NCBI GenBank assembly: GCA_021806565.1
Contig: JAJZXK010000001.1
Location: 100,072 to 164,071 of the forward strand
DNA: 64,000 bases
Origin: Bacillota bacterium
Lineage (GTDB): Bacteria > Bacillota > Sulfobacillia > RBS10-35 > JAJYVN01
Direction of reading: 5' to 3'
Shown: one piece after another, positions 9,708 to 19,631 of the stretch
Layout: every line of letters begins with the position of its first letter
Position numbering within the stretch: position 1 is the stretch's first letter
The notes under the pieces: model-generated
Seen by the model: the letters and a program-made list of their open reading frames with translations, nothing else
Database searches by the model: none
What the model was told of the DNA's origin: nothing
Made by a program: the position numbers and the translations under genes

Positions 9708-10502
9708 CTACCCCCTCCGTTTCGGTTGCAGTACGCGCCGCGCGGCACGGTCGAGCCAGGTGGGCGGCAGCAGGCGCCCGGCCGACATCGCCAAGCGGTT
9801 GGTCGCCCCGCAGATGTGCAGCGACCGGCCGGCCCGCCAGGCTGTGAGTGTCTCGGCCGCGACCTGCTCGGGGGTCTGGACGGCGGCCTGCGGGCTGCCA
9901 AGCGGACCGGGGGCGTCCGCCACCGCGAAGAAACCGGTGTGCGCAGGTCCGGGACACAGGGTGAGCACCCCGACCCCGCTGCCGGCGGCCTCGGCGGCCA
10001 GGGCGCGGCCGAGCGACACGACGAAGGCCTTGGACGCCCCGTAGGACGCGTAATAGGGCATCGGTACCAGCCCGCCGGTGGAGGCGACCAGCACGATGCC
10101 GCCACGGCCCCGTTGCAGCATGCCCGGCAGGAAGGTGCGCGCCCAAAGGAGCGGCGACCGGCAATTGGTGTCCACCAGCGCCCCCAGTCGGGCCGGATCC
10201 GCTTCGGCCAGCGGTCCATAGATGCCGAACCCCGCGTTGAGCACCAGCAGGTCCGGTTCGATGCCGCGCTCTACCAGGGCCGCCGCGAGTTCCGATCCGC
10301 TCTCGTGGACCGAGACGTCCGCCGGCCAGACCAGTGAGCGGGCCGGCGGCAGGGACGCCGCCACCGCCTCCAGGGCGTCGCGGCGGCGCGCGACCAGGAC
10401 GCAGGCGCAGCCGGCGGCCCCGAGGGCCCGCGCCAAGGCGGCCCCGATGCCGGACGAGGCGCCGGTGACGATGGCCCATCGACCCAAGTCCCGCCTTGCC
10501 AT
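9708..10502 (-). CDS. short-chain dehydrogenase/reductase
   Basis: VTGASSGIG, LNAGFG, YGASK (YxxxK). Confidence 0.92.
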   Translation of the reverse strand: MARRDLGRWAIVTGASSGIGAALARALGAAGCACVLVARRRDALEAVAASLPPARSLVWPADVSVHESGSELAAALVERGIEPDLLVLNAGFGIYGPLAEADPARLGALVDTNCRSPLLWARTFLPGMLQRGRGGIVLVASTGGLVPMPYYASYGASKAFVVSLGRALAAEAAGSGVGVLTLCPGPAHTGFFAVADAPGPLGSPQAAVQTPEQVAAETLTAWRAGRSLHICGATNRLAMSAGRLLPPTWLDRAARRVLQPKRRG

Positions 10503-10515
10503 ACGCAACCTCCCA

Positions 10516-11199
10516 TCATGTCCCTTGCGTGCCGGCGTCGACGGATCGGTTGCTGCGGCCGGCGAGCAGGTCCTCCAGGCCGGCACACGTCGCTTCCAGA
10601 GCCGCAAGCGAGGCGCGCCAGTGGTCGCGGATCAGCAGTTGGTGGTCGGCGCCCGCAAGGACGCGCACGTCCAGTCCGCCCGTAGCGCGCACGGCCCGTA
10701 GCGCTTCCGGCCCAAAGGCCGGATCCTGATCACCGACGATGATCAGGCCGCCGCGGGTGCGCATGAACGGCACCACCGGGACCAGCGGCGTCAGGAACGC
10801 GAAGACGGTCGGCCGCTCGTCCCAGATCGGCGCCATGTGTGCCGCGTGTGCCGCCACCCGCGTGCCGAGGCTCTTGGCCACCACGACGAGGCGGCGGTAC
10901 TGCGGTTGCAGGGCGTCCCGAACCGCCGCGGCCGACTCCGCAGCGACCCGCTCGGTGCCTTGGGGGCCAAGGTCGGAGCGTGCCGCCTGGTGGCCATACT
11001 CCACCGCCAACACGTCGCAGCCGTGCTGCAGGCAGACCTGGCGGGCGTAGTCCAAAAGGGGCGCATCGCGGCGATAGCGGTCGCCGGGTAGCAGGATGGC
11101 CAGGGTCGTCGCAGGGGGTTCTTCCTGCGTCCAGAGTTCGTGGCCGACGGCGGTGTTCCACGCGGACGGCCGCTCCAAGACGTGTCGCGTCCAGGCCAT
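10516..11199 (-). CDS. alpha/beta hydrolase fold protein
   Basis: ILLPG, AKSLG nucleophile elbow, GDQD, GADH; RBS GAAAGGAA. Confidence 0.75.
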   Translation of the reverse strand: MAWTRHVLERPSAWNTAVGHELWTQEEPPATTLAILLPGDRYRRDAPLLDYARQVCLQHGCDVLAVEYGHQAARSDLGPQGTERVAAESAAAVRDALQPQYRRLVVVAKSLGTRVAAHAAHMAPIWDERPTVFAFLTPLVPVVPFMRTRGGLIIVGDQDPAFGPEALRAVRATGGLDVRVLAGADHQLLIRDHWRASLAALEATCAGLEDLLAGRSNRSVDAGTQGT

Positions 11200-11424
11200 G
11201 GTGTCGTTGCCCGTTCCTTTCCGTGAGCCCGTCCTGCGGGACGGCTGTTTGAGCGCGATGTCCGGGCCGCCCGGTGGCGCCACCGCGTCGTGGCCAGGGG
11301 TTCGCGATCGGCCGTCCGGCCCCTGTTGGCGGCCGGGCCCACGTGGGGCCGCGCGCCCGATGGCGCCTCCCTGCGCCCGGTTCCAGCCAGGGCGGTCGGG
11401 CGTGCCGAGCGGGCGCCAACGGCC

Positions 11425-11469
11425 GGGGGCCGGGACGCGGTCCCGGCCCCCGCGGGTGTGTGCTACACT
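11425..11469 (+). promoter_or_regulatory. perfect 12-bp hairpin plus extended -10 upstream of miaB
   Basis: GGGGGCCGGGAC-GCG-GTCCCGGCCCCC, then TGC-TACACT. Confidence 0.35.
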
Positions 11470-11496
11470 TCGGCACGGTAGAAAGGGGCACATCCC

Positions 11497-12972
11497 GTGC
11501 AGCGCCTTGAGATTCCCGTCGTCTCCTACAACACCCGCACGGCGGGGTTCATGTCTGCGCTGGGCTTCGGCTTGGGCGCCGACGGCGTTTGGCGCGACGC
11601 CTCCGGGTGTTCCTTCGCCACCGCCCTGACCGGTAAGCAGACCCCCGCGGCCGCATCCAGGACCTGGGGCTGCCAGATGAACGTGGCCGACAGCGAGAAC
11701 CTGCACGGCCAGTTGCAGGCGTTGGGCTATGCGGCCTCTGACGACGAGGCGGTGGCGGACCTGATCCTGCTGAACACCTGTGCGGTGCGCGGCACCGCGG
11801 CCGCGCACGCCTTGGGCGAGATCGGCCGGCTCAAGCAGCTCAAGCTGGAGCGGCCCGATGTGTTGCTCGGGGTGTGCGGCTGTCTGACGCAGATGCCGGA
11901 GACGGTCGCTTACCTGCGTGAGCACGCACCGTACGTGGACCTGATCTTCGGCACGCACAACCTGCACGACCTGCCGTCGCTCTTGGCGCGGGCCTATCGC
12001 GACGAGGCGCAGACGGTGGACATCTGGTCCCAGGCCCCTGAGACGGTTGAGCACCTGCCCGCGGTGCGCGGCGCCGGGGTGCGGGCCTGGGTGAACATCA
12101 TCTATGGGTGCGACAAGTATTGCACGTACTGCATCGTGCCCACGACGCGCGGCCGCGAGCGCAGCCGCCGGCCGGGGGATGTTCTGGCGGAGGTCGAGGG
12201 CCTGGCGGCCGCCGGGTTTCAGGAGGTGACGCTCCTGGGACAGAACGTCAACTCGTACGGGCACGACCTTGGGGATGTGGACTTCGCGGACCTGCTGGCC
12301 GCCGTGGCCGAGGTGCCCGGCATCCGCTGGGTCCGATACACCACCAGCCATCCGCGCGACTTCACCGAGCGCATGGTGCGGACCGTGGCGGAACACCCCC
12401 GCATCTGCGAACACTTCCACCTGCCGGTGCAGTCCGGTTCCGACCGGGTGCTGCGCTGGATGAACCGCGGCTACACCCGCGCCGATTACCTGCGGCTGAT
12501 CGACGCGGTGCGCCGGCATGTACCGGACGCCGCGATCACCACCGATCTCATCGTCGGGTTCCCGCGCGAGACGGAGGCGGATTTTGAGCAGACGCTGGAA
12601 CTGGTGGCCGAGGTCGGCTACGACAACGCCTTCACCTTCCAATACAGCCCGCGGGCCGGGACACCCGCGGCGCGTTGGGAGGACCCGGTGCCGGCCGGGA
12701 TCAAAAAGGACCGGCTCGACCGGCTGAACGCGTTGCAGTATGGGATCAGCCGGCGTCGCAACGAGGCGCTGGTGGGCAGCGACTGCGAGGTGTTGGTCGA
12801 GGGCGCCAGCCGCAAGGACCCCGAGGTGTTCACGGCGCGCACCCGGACCAATCGCCTGGTGCTCGTCCCGGCCCGGCCCGACGCCGCCCAACGCTTCGGC
12901 CGCGCGCGGATCACCGCCGCGCAGACCTGGACGCTGCGCGGCGAGTTGGAGCATGTGGAGGCCGGAGCGTGA
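11497..12972 (+). CDS. miaB: tRNA-2-methylthio-N6-dimethylallyladenosine synthase
   Basis: GCQMN, LNTCAVR, radical SAM CDKYCTYC, LLGQNVNSYG, HLPVQSGS, TRAM domain. Confidence 0.97.
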   Translation: MQRLEIPVVSYNTRTAGFMSALGFGLGADGVWRDASGCSFATALTGKQTPAAASRTWGCQMNVADSENLHGQLQALGYAASDDEAVADLILLNTCAVRGTAAAHALGEIGRLKQLKLERPDVLLGVCGCLTQMPETVAYLREHAPYVDLIFGTHNLHDLPSLLARAYRDEAQTVDIWSQAPETVEHLPAVRGAGVRAWVNIIYGCDKYCTYCIVPTTRGRERSRRPGDVLAEVEGLAAAGFQEVTLLGQNVNSYGHDLGDVDFADLLAAVAEVPGIRWVRYTTSHPRDFTERMVRTVAEHPRICEHFHLPVQSGSDRVLRWMNRGYTRADYLRLIDAVRRHVPDAAITTDLIVGFPRETEADFEQTLELVAEVGYDNAFTFQYSPRAGTPAARWEDPVPAGIKKDRLDRLNALQYGISRRRNEALVGSDCEVLVEGASRKDPEVFTARTRTNRLVLVPARPDAAQRFGRARITAAQTWTLRGELEHVEAGA

Positions 12973-15566
12973 GCGGGCGCACCCCGCGCGGGTCGGCGGC
13001 TCCGCGTGCCCCCACCCCCATGCAGGAGCAATACCTGCGGCTCAAGAGCGAGGTGGGGGATGCCCTCCTCTTTTTCCGGCTGGGGGACTTCTACGAACTG
13101 TTCGGTGCGGACGCCGAGGTGGCGGCGCCGATCCTCGAGGTGGTGTTGACCAGCCGCGAGGTGGCCCCCGGGGTGCGGCAGCCGATGTGCGGGGTGCCCC
13201 ACCATGCGGTTACCGGCTATGCCGCGCGCCTGCTGGCGCGCGGCCTCTCGGTGGCGTTCGCCGACCAGATGGAGGACCCGTCCCAGGCACGCGGGCTGGT
13301 GCGGCGCGAGGTGACTCGGCTGCTCACGCCTGGCACCGTGGCCGAACCCGAGATGCTGGAGGCGTTGGGTGAGCGGCTGCTGGCCGTCGCCTTCGGGACG
13401 GAGTTGGCGGTGTGCGACGTCTCGACCGGCGGCGTGCGGTTGGCGCTGTGCGGCGACGCCGGCGGGGAAGGCGCGGCGGCGGCGGGTGGCATGCTCCAGG
13501 AGTTGGCGTGTCTGCGGCCGGCGGAGGTCGTGGTCCCCGCGACCGGTGCCCCGGCCGGCGTAGTGCAGTGGGCGGAAGCCGAACATGTGGCGCTGCATCC
13601 CCTTGCGGCCGAGCAGTTCCGCGCCGGGGCCGCGGGGGCTGTCTGGTCCGACGCGCCGGATTCGCCGGCCCTGGGCGCCCTGGTCCACTACCTGCGCCAC
13701 ACCCTGCGGGGGGATCTGGCGGGGTTGCGTCCGGTGGAAGTCTACCGGCCATCTTCCCACCTGGCGCTGGACCCGACGGCGCTGCGCACCCTCGAGGTCG
13801 TGGAACCCATGGCCGAGGGTGCCACCGGCGCCACGCTCTTTGGCGCCCTGGACCGCTGCGCAACCGCGATGGGCCGGCGGCAGCTCCGCTTTTGGCTGTT
13901 GCACCCGCTGCAGGATGTGGTGGCGATCGCCGCGCGCCAGGACGCGGTCGGAGAACTGGCACGCAAGCCGCTGTTTCGCGAGGGCCTGCGCAGCGCGCTA
14001 CGCGGCGTCCACGATCTGGAGCGGCTGGCGGCCCGCGTCCTCAACGGGCGCATCGGTCCCAGGGAACTGTCGGCGCTGGGCGTTTCGCTGCGGGCCCTGC
14101 CGACGGCCCTGTCGGCGCTGCGCGGCTGCGACGCGGAGTGGCTGCGCCGCCAGTGCGCCAGCGCCGATCCGCTGGGACCGTTGGCGGAACAACTCAGGCG
14201 CGCGCTGGCGGAGGATCCACCGAGCTTGGCCCGCGACGGCGGCATCTTCGCCGCGGGGTATGATGAGGAACTCGATACCCTGCGCGCCGCCGGTAGGGAC
14301 GGGCGGGCGTGGCTGGCGGAGTTTGAGGCGCGTGAGCGCGAGCGGACGGGCATCCGTTCGCTGAAGGTCGGGTTCCACAAGGTCTTCGGCTATTACCTGG
14401 AAGTGAGCGCCACCAACCGCGTGGCGGTGCCGGGCGACTACATCCGCAAGCAGACCCTCGCGGCTGGTGAGCGGTTTGCCACCGAAGAGCTCAAGCGGTT
14501 GGAGGAGACGATTCTCGGCGCGCAGGAGCGGGCGCTGCGGCGCGAGCAGGTGTTGTTCGCCGAACTGCGCGAACGCGCGGCAGCCGACGGCGCAGCCCTG
14601 CAGCGGACGGCGACGGCGGTCGCCGCGCTGGACGCGCTGGCCAGCCTGGCGGAGACGGCGGCCCGCTGGGGGTGGGTGCGGCCGGTCGTCGACCACTCCG
14701 GCGAGTTGCAGATCAGTTCCGGCCGCCATCCGGTCCTGGACCAGCAACTGGGCAGCGGCCGCTTCGTCCCCAACGACACGGCGCTCGGAGGCCGAGCGGC
14801 GCGGGTGGTCCTGCTCACCGGTCCCAACATGGCGGGTAAGTCCACCTACATGCGGCAGGTGGCGCTGATCACGCTCCTGGCTCACGTCGGTAGCTTCGTT
14901 CCCGCGGCCGAGGCGCGCATCGGTCTGGTGGACCGCGTGTTCACCCGGGTCGGCGCCAGTGACGACCTCGCCGGCGGCCGCTCCACCTTCATGGTCGAGA
15001 TGACCGAGGTGGCCGCGGCGCTGCATCAGGCGAGCGAGCGCAGTCTGTTGCTGCTGGACGAGGTGGGGCGCGGCACCGGGACGCGCGACGGTCTGGCCAT
15101 CGCCTGGGCGGTGCTGGAGGACATCGCGACGCGCTTGCGGGCCCGGGCGCTGTTTGCGACCCACTACCACGAACTGGCGGCCGCGGCGGCCGCCTTGCCG
15201 GGGGCGGCGAGCGCCCATGCCGAGGTGCGGGAGGGGCCCGACGGGGTGGTCTTCCTGCACCGCATCGCCCCCGGACCGAGCGACCGCAGCTACGGCGTCG
15301 CCGTGGCTGCTCTTGCCGGGGTGCCGGCCGGGGTGCTGGCCAGGGCGCGCGAGGTGTTGCTGCGTTTGGAAAACGGGTTGGATCCGGCCGACGAGAGCGC
15401 GGCGGCGGCGCCGGACGCCCCCGACCGCCCCGATCCGAGGCTGAAGGACTTGGTCCTGCGCCTTGCGGCCCTGGAGCCACTGGAACTCACCCCGCTGCAG
15501 GCGCTGGCCGTGCTCAGCGAGTTGCAGGCGCTCGCGCGTGAAACGCTGGGGGATCGTACGGCCTAA
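12969..15566 (+). CDS. mutS: DNA mismatch repair protein MutS
   Basis: TPMQEQY, FFRLGDFYELF, TGPNMAGKST, STFMVEM, DEVGRGT, FATHYHEL; GTG overlaps the miaB stop. Confidence 0.97.
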   Translation: MSGRTPRGSAAPRAPTPMQEQYLRLKSEVGDALLFFRLGDFYELFGADAEVAAPILEVVLTSREVAPGVRQPMCGVPHHAVTGYAARLLARGLSVAFADQMEDPSQARGLVRREVTRLLTPGTVAEPEMLEALGERLLAVAFGTELAVCDVSTGGVRLALCGDAGGEGAAAAGGMLQELACLRPAEVVVPATGAPAGVVQWAEAEHVALHPLAAEQFRAGAAGAVWSDAPDSPALGALVHYLRHTLRGDLAGLRPVEVYRPSSHLALDPTALRTLEVVEPMAEGATGATLFGALDRCATAMGRRQLRFWLLHPLQDVVAIAARQDAVGELARKPLFREGLRSALRGVHDLERLAARVLNGRIGPRELSALGVSLRALPTALSALRGCDAEWLRRQCASADPLGPLAEQLRRALAEDPPSLARDGGIFAAGYDEELDTLRAAGRDGRAWLAEFEARERERTGIRSLKVGFHKVFGYYLEVSATNRVAVPGDYIRKQTLAAGERFATEELKRLEETILGAQERALRREQVLFAELRERAAADGAALQRTATAVAALDALASLAETAARWGWVRPVVDHSGELQISSGRHPVLDQQLGSGRFVPNDTALGGRAARVVLLTGPNMAGKSTYMRQVALITLLAHVGSFVPAAEARIGLVDRVFTRVGASDDLAGGRSTFMVEMTEVAAALHQASERSLLLLDEVGRGTGTRDGLAIAWAVLEDIATRLRARALFATHYHELAAAAAALPGAASAHAEVREGPDGVVFLHRIAPGPSDRSYGVAVAALAGVPAGVLARAREVLLRLENGLDPADESAAAAPDAPDRPDPRLKDLVLRLAALEPLELTPLQALAVLSELQALARETLGDRTA

Positions 15567-15635
15567 AACGCACCCGCTCCTCGGTATGCTTCCGTGGCGG
15601 TCGGCGCATGCCGGGCCGCCGGGGGGGCTGCCGGC

Positions 15636-15863
15636 ATGTGGGGGCGATCGCGGGTGCTGTGGACGCTCGGGTTGGCGGCGGCGCTGTCGGGGTTGCTCGT
15701 GTGGCAGGCGCTGGGGGAACCGGCGCCCGCGGTGGCCGTCTTCCGGCGGGTCGCGCCGGCGGTGGTGCTCATCACCCGCGGCACGACGGTTCCGGGCGCC
15801 GGCGGCCGGTTGGATTGGGGCAGCGGTGTGTTCATGGATCATCGCGGCGACATCGTTACCAAC
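15636..15863 (+). pseudogene. 5' part of an HtrA/DegP-family serine protease gene interrupted by an insertion
   Basis: TM anchor, VFRRVAPAVVLI, GSGVFMDHRGDIVTN; similarity stops abruptly after the VTN codons. Confidence 0.85.
15855..15863 (+). repeat. left copy of 9-bp direct repeat GTTACCAAC (attL-like core)
   Basis: Identical to 19623-19631; encodes V-T-N in the same frame at both positions. Confidence 0.85.
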
Positions 15864-16538
15864 CACTTCCCGCTGGTACCCCTGCGGCGCAGAAGCCCTG
15901 CACGCTGCGGGTCCTGGCGGAGACCAGCCGGGTTGGCCGATACCGTGCCTGCCGCCCGCGGCTTCCTCCGGTTGCGGGCCGTTTGGCGCCGTGGGTGACC
16001 AGGGACGACCAATCGCCATGCTGGACCGCCATGAGTCACGCGCGGCGAAGCGCGCCGCCTGCACCGCTGGTCGTCCGCGTAGTTGCGCTCCCTGGCGGGG
16101 CGGCTGCACGCGGCCCCGGCGGGCCGCTGTCCACCGACCTATCGCGGCACGATTCCGTCCGTCGCTGCCGGCGGAATGCCCGCCACGGCGATCGATGCCG
16201 CCGCGTTCGTGCGCGGGCCGGTTTGGTATCGGCTTGGGTGGCATACGCGCCAGAGGTCTGCCCGGCGCATTGCCCTTCGTTCGGTCGCCGAGGTGCCGGG
16301 CGGACGCCACCTGCGCCGGTACGCTGGGGGTAAGGACTTCAGTCCCAGCCCAACCGACGCCTGGAGACGGCGGCTCGCGCCGCGCCCCTTGACCCGGTGG
16401 TGGAAAAGGATTGCAGCCTTGGCAGGGCCTTCGCCGCGCGGTTACGAACGGTCGCTTTGCGTCGCGGCAGGCGCTGCGTCTCCCTCCGGGCGCGGATGGA
16501 CGCGGGCCGGGTGGGGTGGCAGCATACCGTGATGGGGT

Positions 16539-17255
16539 GTGGCCGTGAACGCGTGGCGCAACGACAAGTTCCAGTTGGCGCAGTGCTATGACGACATCGC
16601 CGGGACGTATCTGCGGTTGACGGAGCCCCTGACCCACTACCTGCCGGCGGTGCGCGCCTTCCTTGCGGATAGCGTGCATGCGGGGAGCCGGGTGCTCGAC
16701 CTCGGCTGCGGGCCGGGGCATGTGACCGGCGATCTGCCGGCGGATGTCGAGGTCGTCGGCGTCGACCTTTCCAGCCGGATGCTGCAAGAGGCGCGAAAAC
16801 GGCGCCCGGCCGGCCGCTATCTGCTGCATGACTTTCATCAGCCTCTACCCGCGGACGTCGGCTGCTTCGACGTGGTCCTGGCCTGCGGCGCCTTCGACTT
16901 CTGCGAGGATCTGACCGAGGTGATCGGCCATGCCGCGAGGGCGCTTGTCCCCGGGGGCCGCCTTTTGTTCATGCTTGCCGAGCGCAGGATGGAGTGCCTC
17001 CACCACGGCGGGAGGTGGCTCGAGATGCAGGTGGGGGCGGCCGCGATCCGGGTGTATTTGTGGACATTCGCCGAGGCGGTGGCGGCGCTCGAGGCGTCCG
17101 CCCTGCGTCCGTTGACGTATCGATACGGGCCCGGTTGGGAGGTTCCATCTTGGGGTGCGGTGATCCAGTACGGGTACTGGGTGGTGGAACGCCCGCCGAC
17201 CGCCGGGCAGACCACTGCGCCGAGGGGCCCGGCCGGCGGTGGATCTGCAGGGTAG
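16539..17255 (+). CDS. class I SAM-dependent methyltransferase (element cargo)
   Basis: VLDLGCGPG, GVDLSSRML, FDVVLA, LVPGGRL. Confidence 0.9.
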   Translation: MAVNAWRNDKFQLAQCYDDIAGTYLRLTEPLTHYLPAVRAFLADSVHAGSRVLDLGCGPGHVTGDLPADVEVVGVDLSSRMLQEARKRRPAGRYLLHDFHQPLPADVGCFDVVLACGAFDFCEDLTEVIGHAARALVPGGRLLFMLAERRMECLHHGGRWLEMQVGAAAIRVYLWTFAEAVAALEASALRPLTYRYGPGWEVPSWGAVIQYGYWVVERPPTAGQTTAPRGPAGGGSAG

Positions 17256-17423
17256 TGCTGGGCGGCCGAACGACCGGACGCCGGAACCGGAGCGGGAGGG
17301 AACGCGGCGAGCCGTGAGCCCGGGGGTGGATGCGCGTTCCGGCGGGCATCCGGGGGCGCCTGCGCCAGCGGTGGGCGGCACGCGGTGGGGCGCGCGGGCT
17401 CGACTCAGCCGGCGAGAGGGTGG

Positions 17424-18608
17424 ATGCGGATAGACTCCGCCGCGGCGCGCCGCGCTGTTTGGGGCCTTTCTGCCTATTCCACCCTGCGGCAGGTCGCCGA
17501 TGTCTGCCAGATGCTGGCGATTAACTGGTATCTGGCGGCGTCCACGGGATCGGCGGGCATGCTCGGACTGGCGTGGGTGGTCTCGCGCCTGCCCTGGACG
17601 GTGCTTCCCCTGGCGGGGTTTCTGGCCGACCGCGTGCCTCGCCGCCGCGTCATCCTGCTTGGAGACCTCGCAGTGGCGGTGCTCGGCGTCGTCGCCGTCT
17701 TGGTGCGCCCGGGCCGGACCGCGGTTCTCATCGTTCTCGCCGTGTACGCCCTGGGGTATGCCGCGGTGCGGCCGGCCACGAAGGGACTGCCGCGCGAGTT
17801 GGCCGGGACCTCCGTGGATGCCGCCCGCGTGTCCGGGCTCATGACCAGCTTGGAATACGCGGCTATCTTCGCCGCGCAACTCGCCGTGGCGCGGTGGCTC
17901 TTGCCGCGCGGGCCCGCGTGGGGGTTGGGCGCCATGGTCGTCACCCTCGCGCTCGGTGCGGTCATCCTGAGGCGCACCGTTCCGGCAGGCCCACCGCCCG
18001 CGGCCCCGACGCGGTTCGGGATGCGTGCGGTCGCGGCGATGCTGTGGTCGCCCGAGTTGCGAGGCCCTCTGGCCTTGACGGTGACTTGCGGCGGCTGCGC
18101 CTTCGTGCTGCTGCCGCTGGCCCCGCTATTGGCCCGGGGTGGTCCTGCCCACTACGGCATCCTCATGGCGGGGTATTCCCTGGGAGCCGCGGCCGGTTCT
18201 GCCCTGGCGCGCCGGACGGACGGGTGGCGCTCGGGGACACGCGGGGCCGCTCTGGCCTGGGTGGTCGCCGCCCCCGCCCTGGCGGCGGCGCCGCGTGTGC
18301 ACTCCGTTGTCGCCATCCTGGCCTGTTATGTGGTGGTGGGGGCGGCGGCCGGCTTTGCGGACGCGGGTAACGCGGCGCGCGTGGCCGCCCACGTGCCCCT
18401 GAGCGCCCAGTCGCAGGCCATGGCGCTGGGGTCGCTGGTCTGGCGCCTACCCGGAGTCCTGGCGGGCGGCATCGTGGCGGTCGCGGCGCCGCTCCAGCCG
18501 GCCAGTCTCTGTCCCGTGCTGGCGGGAGTCTTGGCGGCGGTGGCGGTCGGCGGCGTCTTGGTTCCGGCGGGCGCGCCGCGGGTACCCGCCGGCCCACCGG
18601 TCGGATGA
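17424..18608 (+). CDS. MFS transporter (element cargo)
   Basis: Many hydrophobic segments; MFS motif A GFLADRVPRRRV. Confidence 0.85.
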   Translation: MRIDSAAARRAVWGLSAYSTLRQVADVCQMLAINWYLAASTGSAGMLGLAWVVSRLPWTVLPLAGFLADRVPRRRVILLGDLAVAVLGVVAVLVRPGRTAVLIVLAVYALGYAAVRPATKGLPRELAGTSVDAARVSGLMTSLEYAAIFAAQLAVARWLLPRGPAWGLGAMVVTLALGAVILRRTVPAGPPPAAPTRFGMRAVAAMLWSPELRGPLALTVTCGGCAFVLLPLAPLLARGGPAHYGILMAGYSLGAAAGSALARRTDGWRSGTRGAALAWVVAAPALAAAPRVHSVVAILACYVVVGAAAGFADAGNAARVAAHVPLSAQSQAMALGSLVWRLPGVLAGGIVAVAAPLQPASLCPVLAGVLAAVAVGGVLVPAGAPRVPAGPPVG

Positions 18609-18810
18609 ACGTTTCGCGGCGCGGAATCCACGCATCGGGCGGCGTCGGCAACGGACGGAGCTTCCCCTCCACAGGCAGGGTCCGGTGCGCCAACCGTATA
18701 TTCAGGTGCTGGCTCGTGTCCCGTGGCTGCCGACGGCGACACCGCCGTACCCGCCGCTGTTTGAAAAGCAGAGCGTTCGGCTGTGGCCGGCGCTCAAGGG
18801 GTTGGGTCGG

Positions 18811-19378
18811 TTGGCGCCAGTGTTCTTGTTTGGTGGGATGACCGCTTCGTTTCCGCATACTTCGGCGGCGTTCGTGGCGGCCTGAGGCGGGCGGGCGGCG
18901 CGGCTTGCGCTGTTGATGGGTAAGCCGAGCGGGTGGGAGGAATACCTGCCACGCTACCAGAGGCCCTGGGCGGCGATGGGGATCCGCGAAATCGTACCCG
19001 TGGCTCCGCTTGCGGACGGTGTTACGTTGAGCACCCAAGCCCTGGAGACCCTGGAGCGGTGCACCGGAAGGTTCGTTTGTGGTGGTGATACACGGAGCTA
19101 CCACGAGCTCTACTGCTCGGGGATGGGACGGGAGGTGCTCTTGCGGCGTTGTGGAGGCCCACTTCAGCCAGAGGGGCGGTTTTCCCCGGCTGGTCGCGGC
19201 CATGCGGCTGAGCGGGAGCGAAAATGGTCTCGGGATCGACGACGGCATCTGTGTTGAAGTCAGGGACGGGCGGCTTTACGTGCGTGGGAGTGGCCGCGCA
19301 TACATCGCCCGCGCGGCCGGGGTCGGCGATCTTCGGGTGACGCTCGTCGAACCGGGGATGGAAATGGCCTTTCCGTAA
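18811..19378 (+). pseudogene. peptidase S51/cyanophycinase-like pseudogene (element cargo)
   Basis: VFLFGG...GGRAARLALL...VCGGDT, then in another frame EAHFSQRG...RL...GLGIDD; in-frame TGA at 18883, frameshift near 19150, GxSAG nucleophile segment missing. Confidence 0.7.
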
Positions 19379-19622
19379 GGTGTGTGTGTGGGCGGACCTG
19401 GCGCGTCTGCACCGGGGGCCCCGACATCAAGCCGCTCGCGCCCGGTGGACCCGCCTTGAATGGATGGCCGGTGCTGCGTCCTCCGCCAACCGGTGTCGGT
19501 TGCCTTGGGACGGGTCCTGCGGCCGCACCGCCCGTGGCGGGCGGGTGACCACAGGTGATCGACCGGCGACACGGCGTCCGCAAAGGCCGCCGCCGACACC
19601 CGCCGGCGGGGTGCCCGCCGTG

Positions 19623-19631
19623 GTTACCAAC
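19623..19631 (+). repeat. right copy of 9-bp direct repeat GTTACCAAC (attR-like core)
   Basis: Identical to 15855-15863. Confidence 0.85.

Larger units (their letters stand above)
15864..19631. mobile_element. 3,768-bp insertion element within the HtrA gene, no recombinase recognised
   Basis: Bounded by the 9-bp direct repeat; removing it fuses the two protease halves in frame; imperfect subterminal inverted repeats at 15875-15889 and 19601-19615. Confidence 0.8.

Noticed and set aside
10516..16838. Very long antisense ORFs (10516-12954, 13998-16838, and similar ones opposite rny, M32/sulfatase and others)
   Set aside because: These are shadow ORFs caused by high-GC codon bias opposite well-supported genes; only 10516-11199 is kept as a real gene.
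18883..18920. In-frame TGA followed by a hairpin as a possible selenocysteine codon, given selC in the window
   Set aside because: The position is not catalytic and the gene also has a frameshift and lacks its nucleophile segment; a pseudogene is simpler.
15864..19631. Intein or self-splicing intron explanation for the htrA split (length divisible by 3)
   Set aside because: The frame hits a stop at 15996-15998, the insert holds ordinary genes, and no intein, reverse transcriptase or group I/II intron end motifs were seen.
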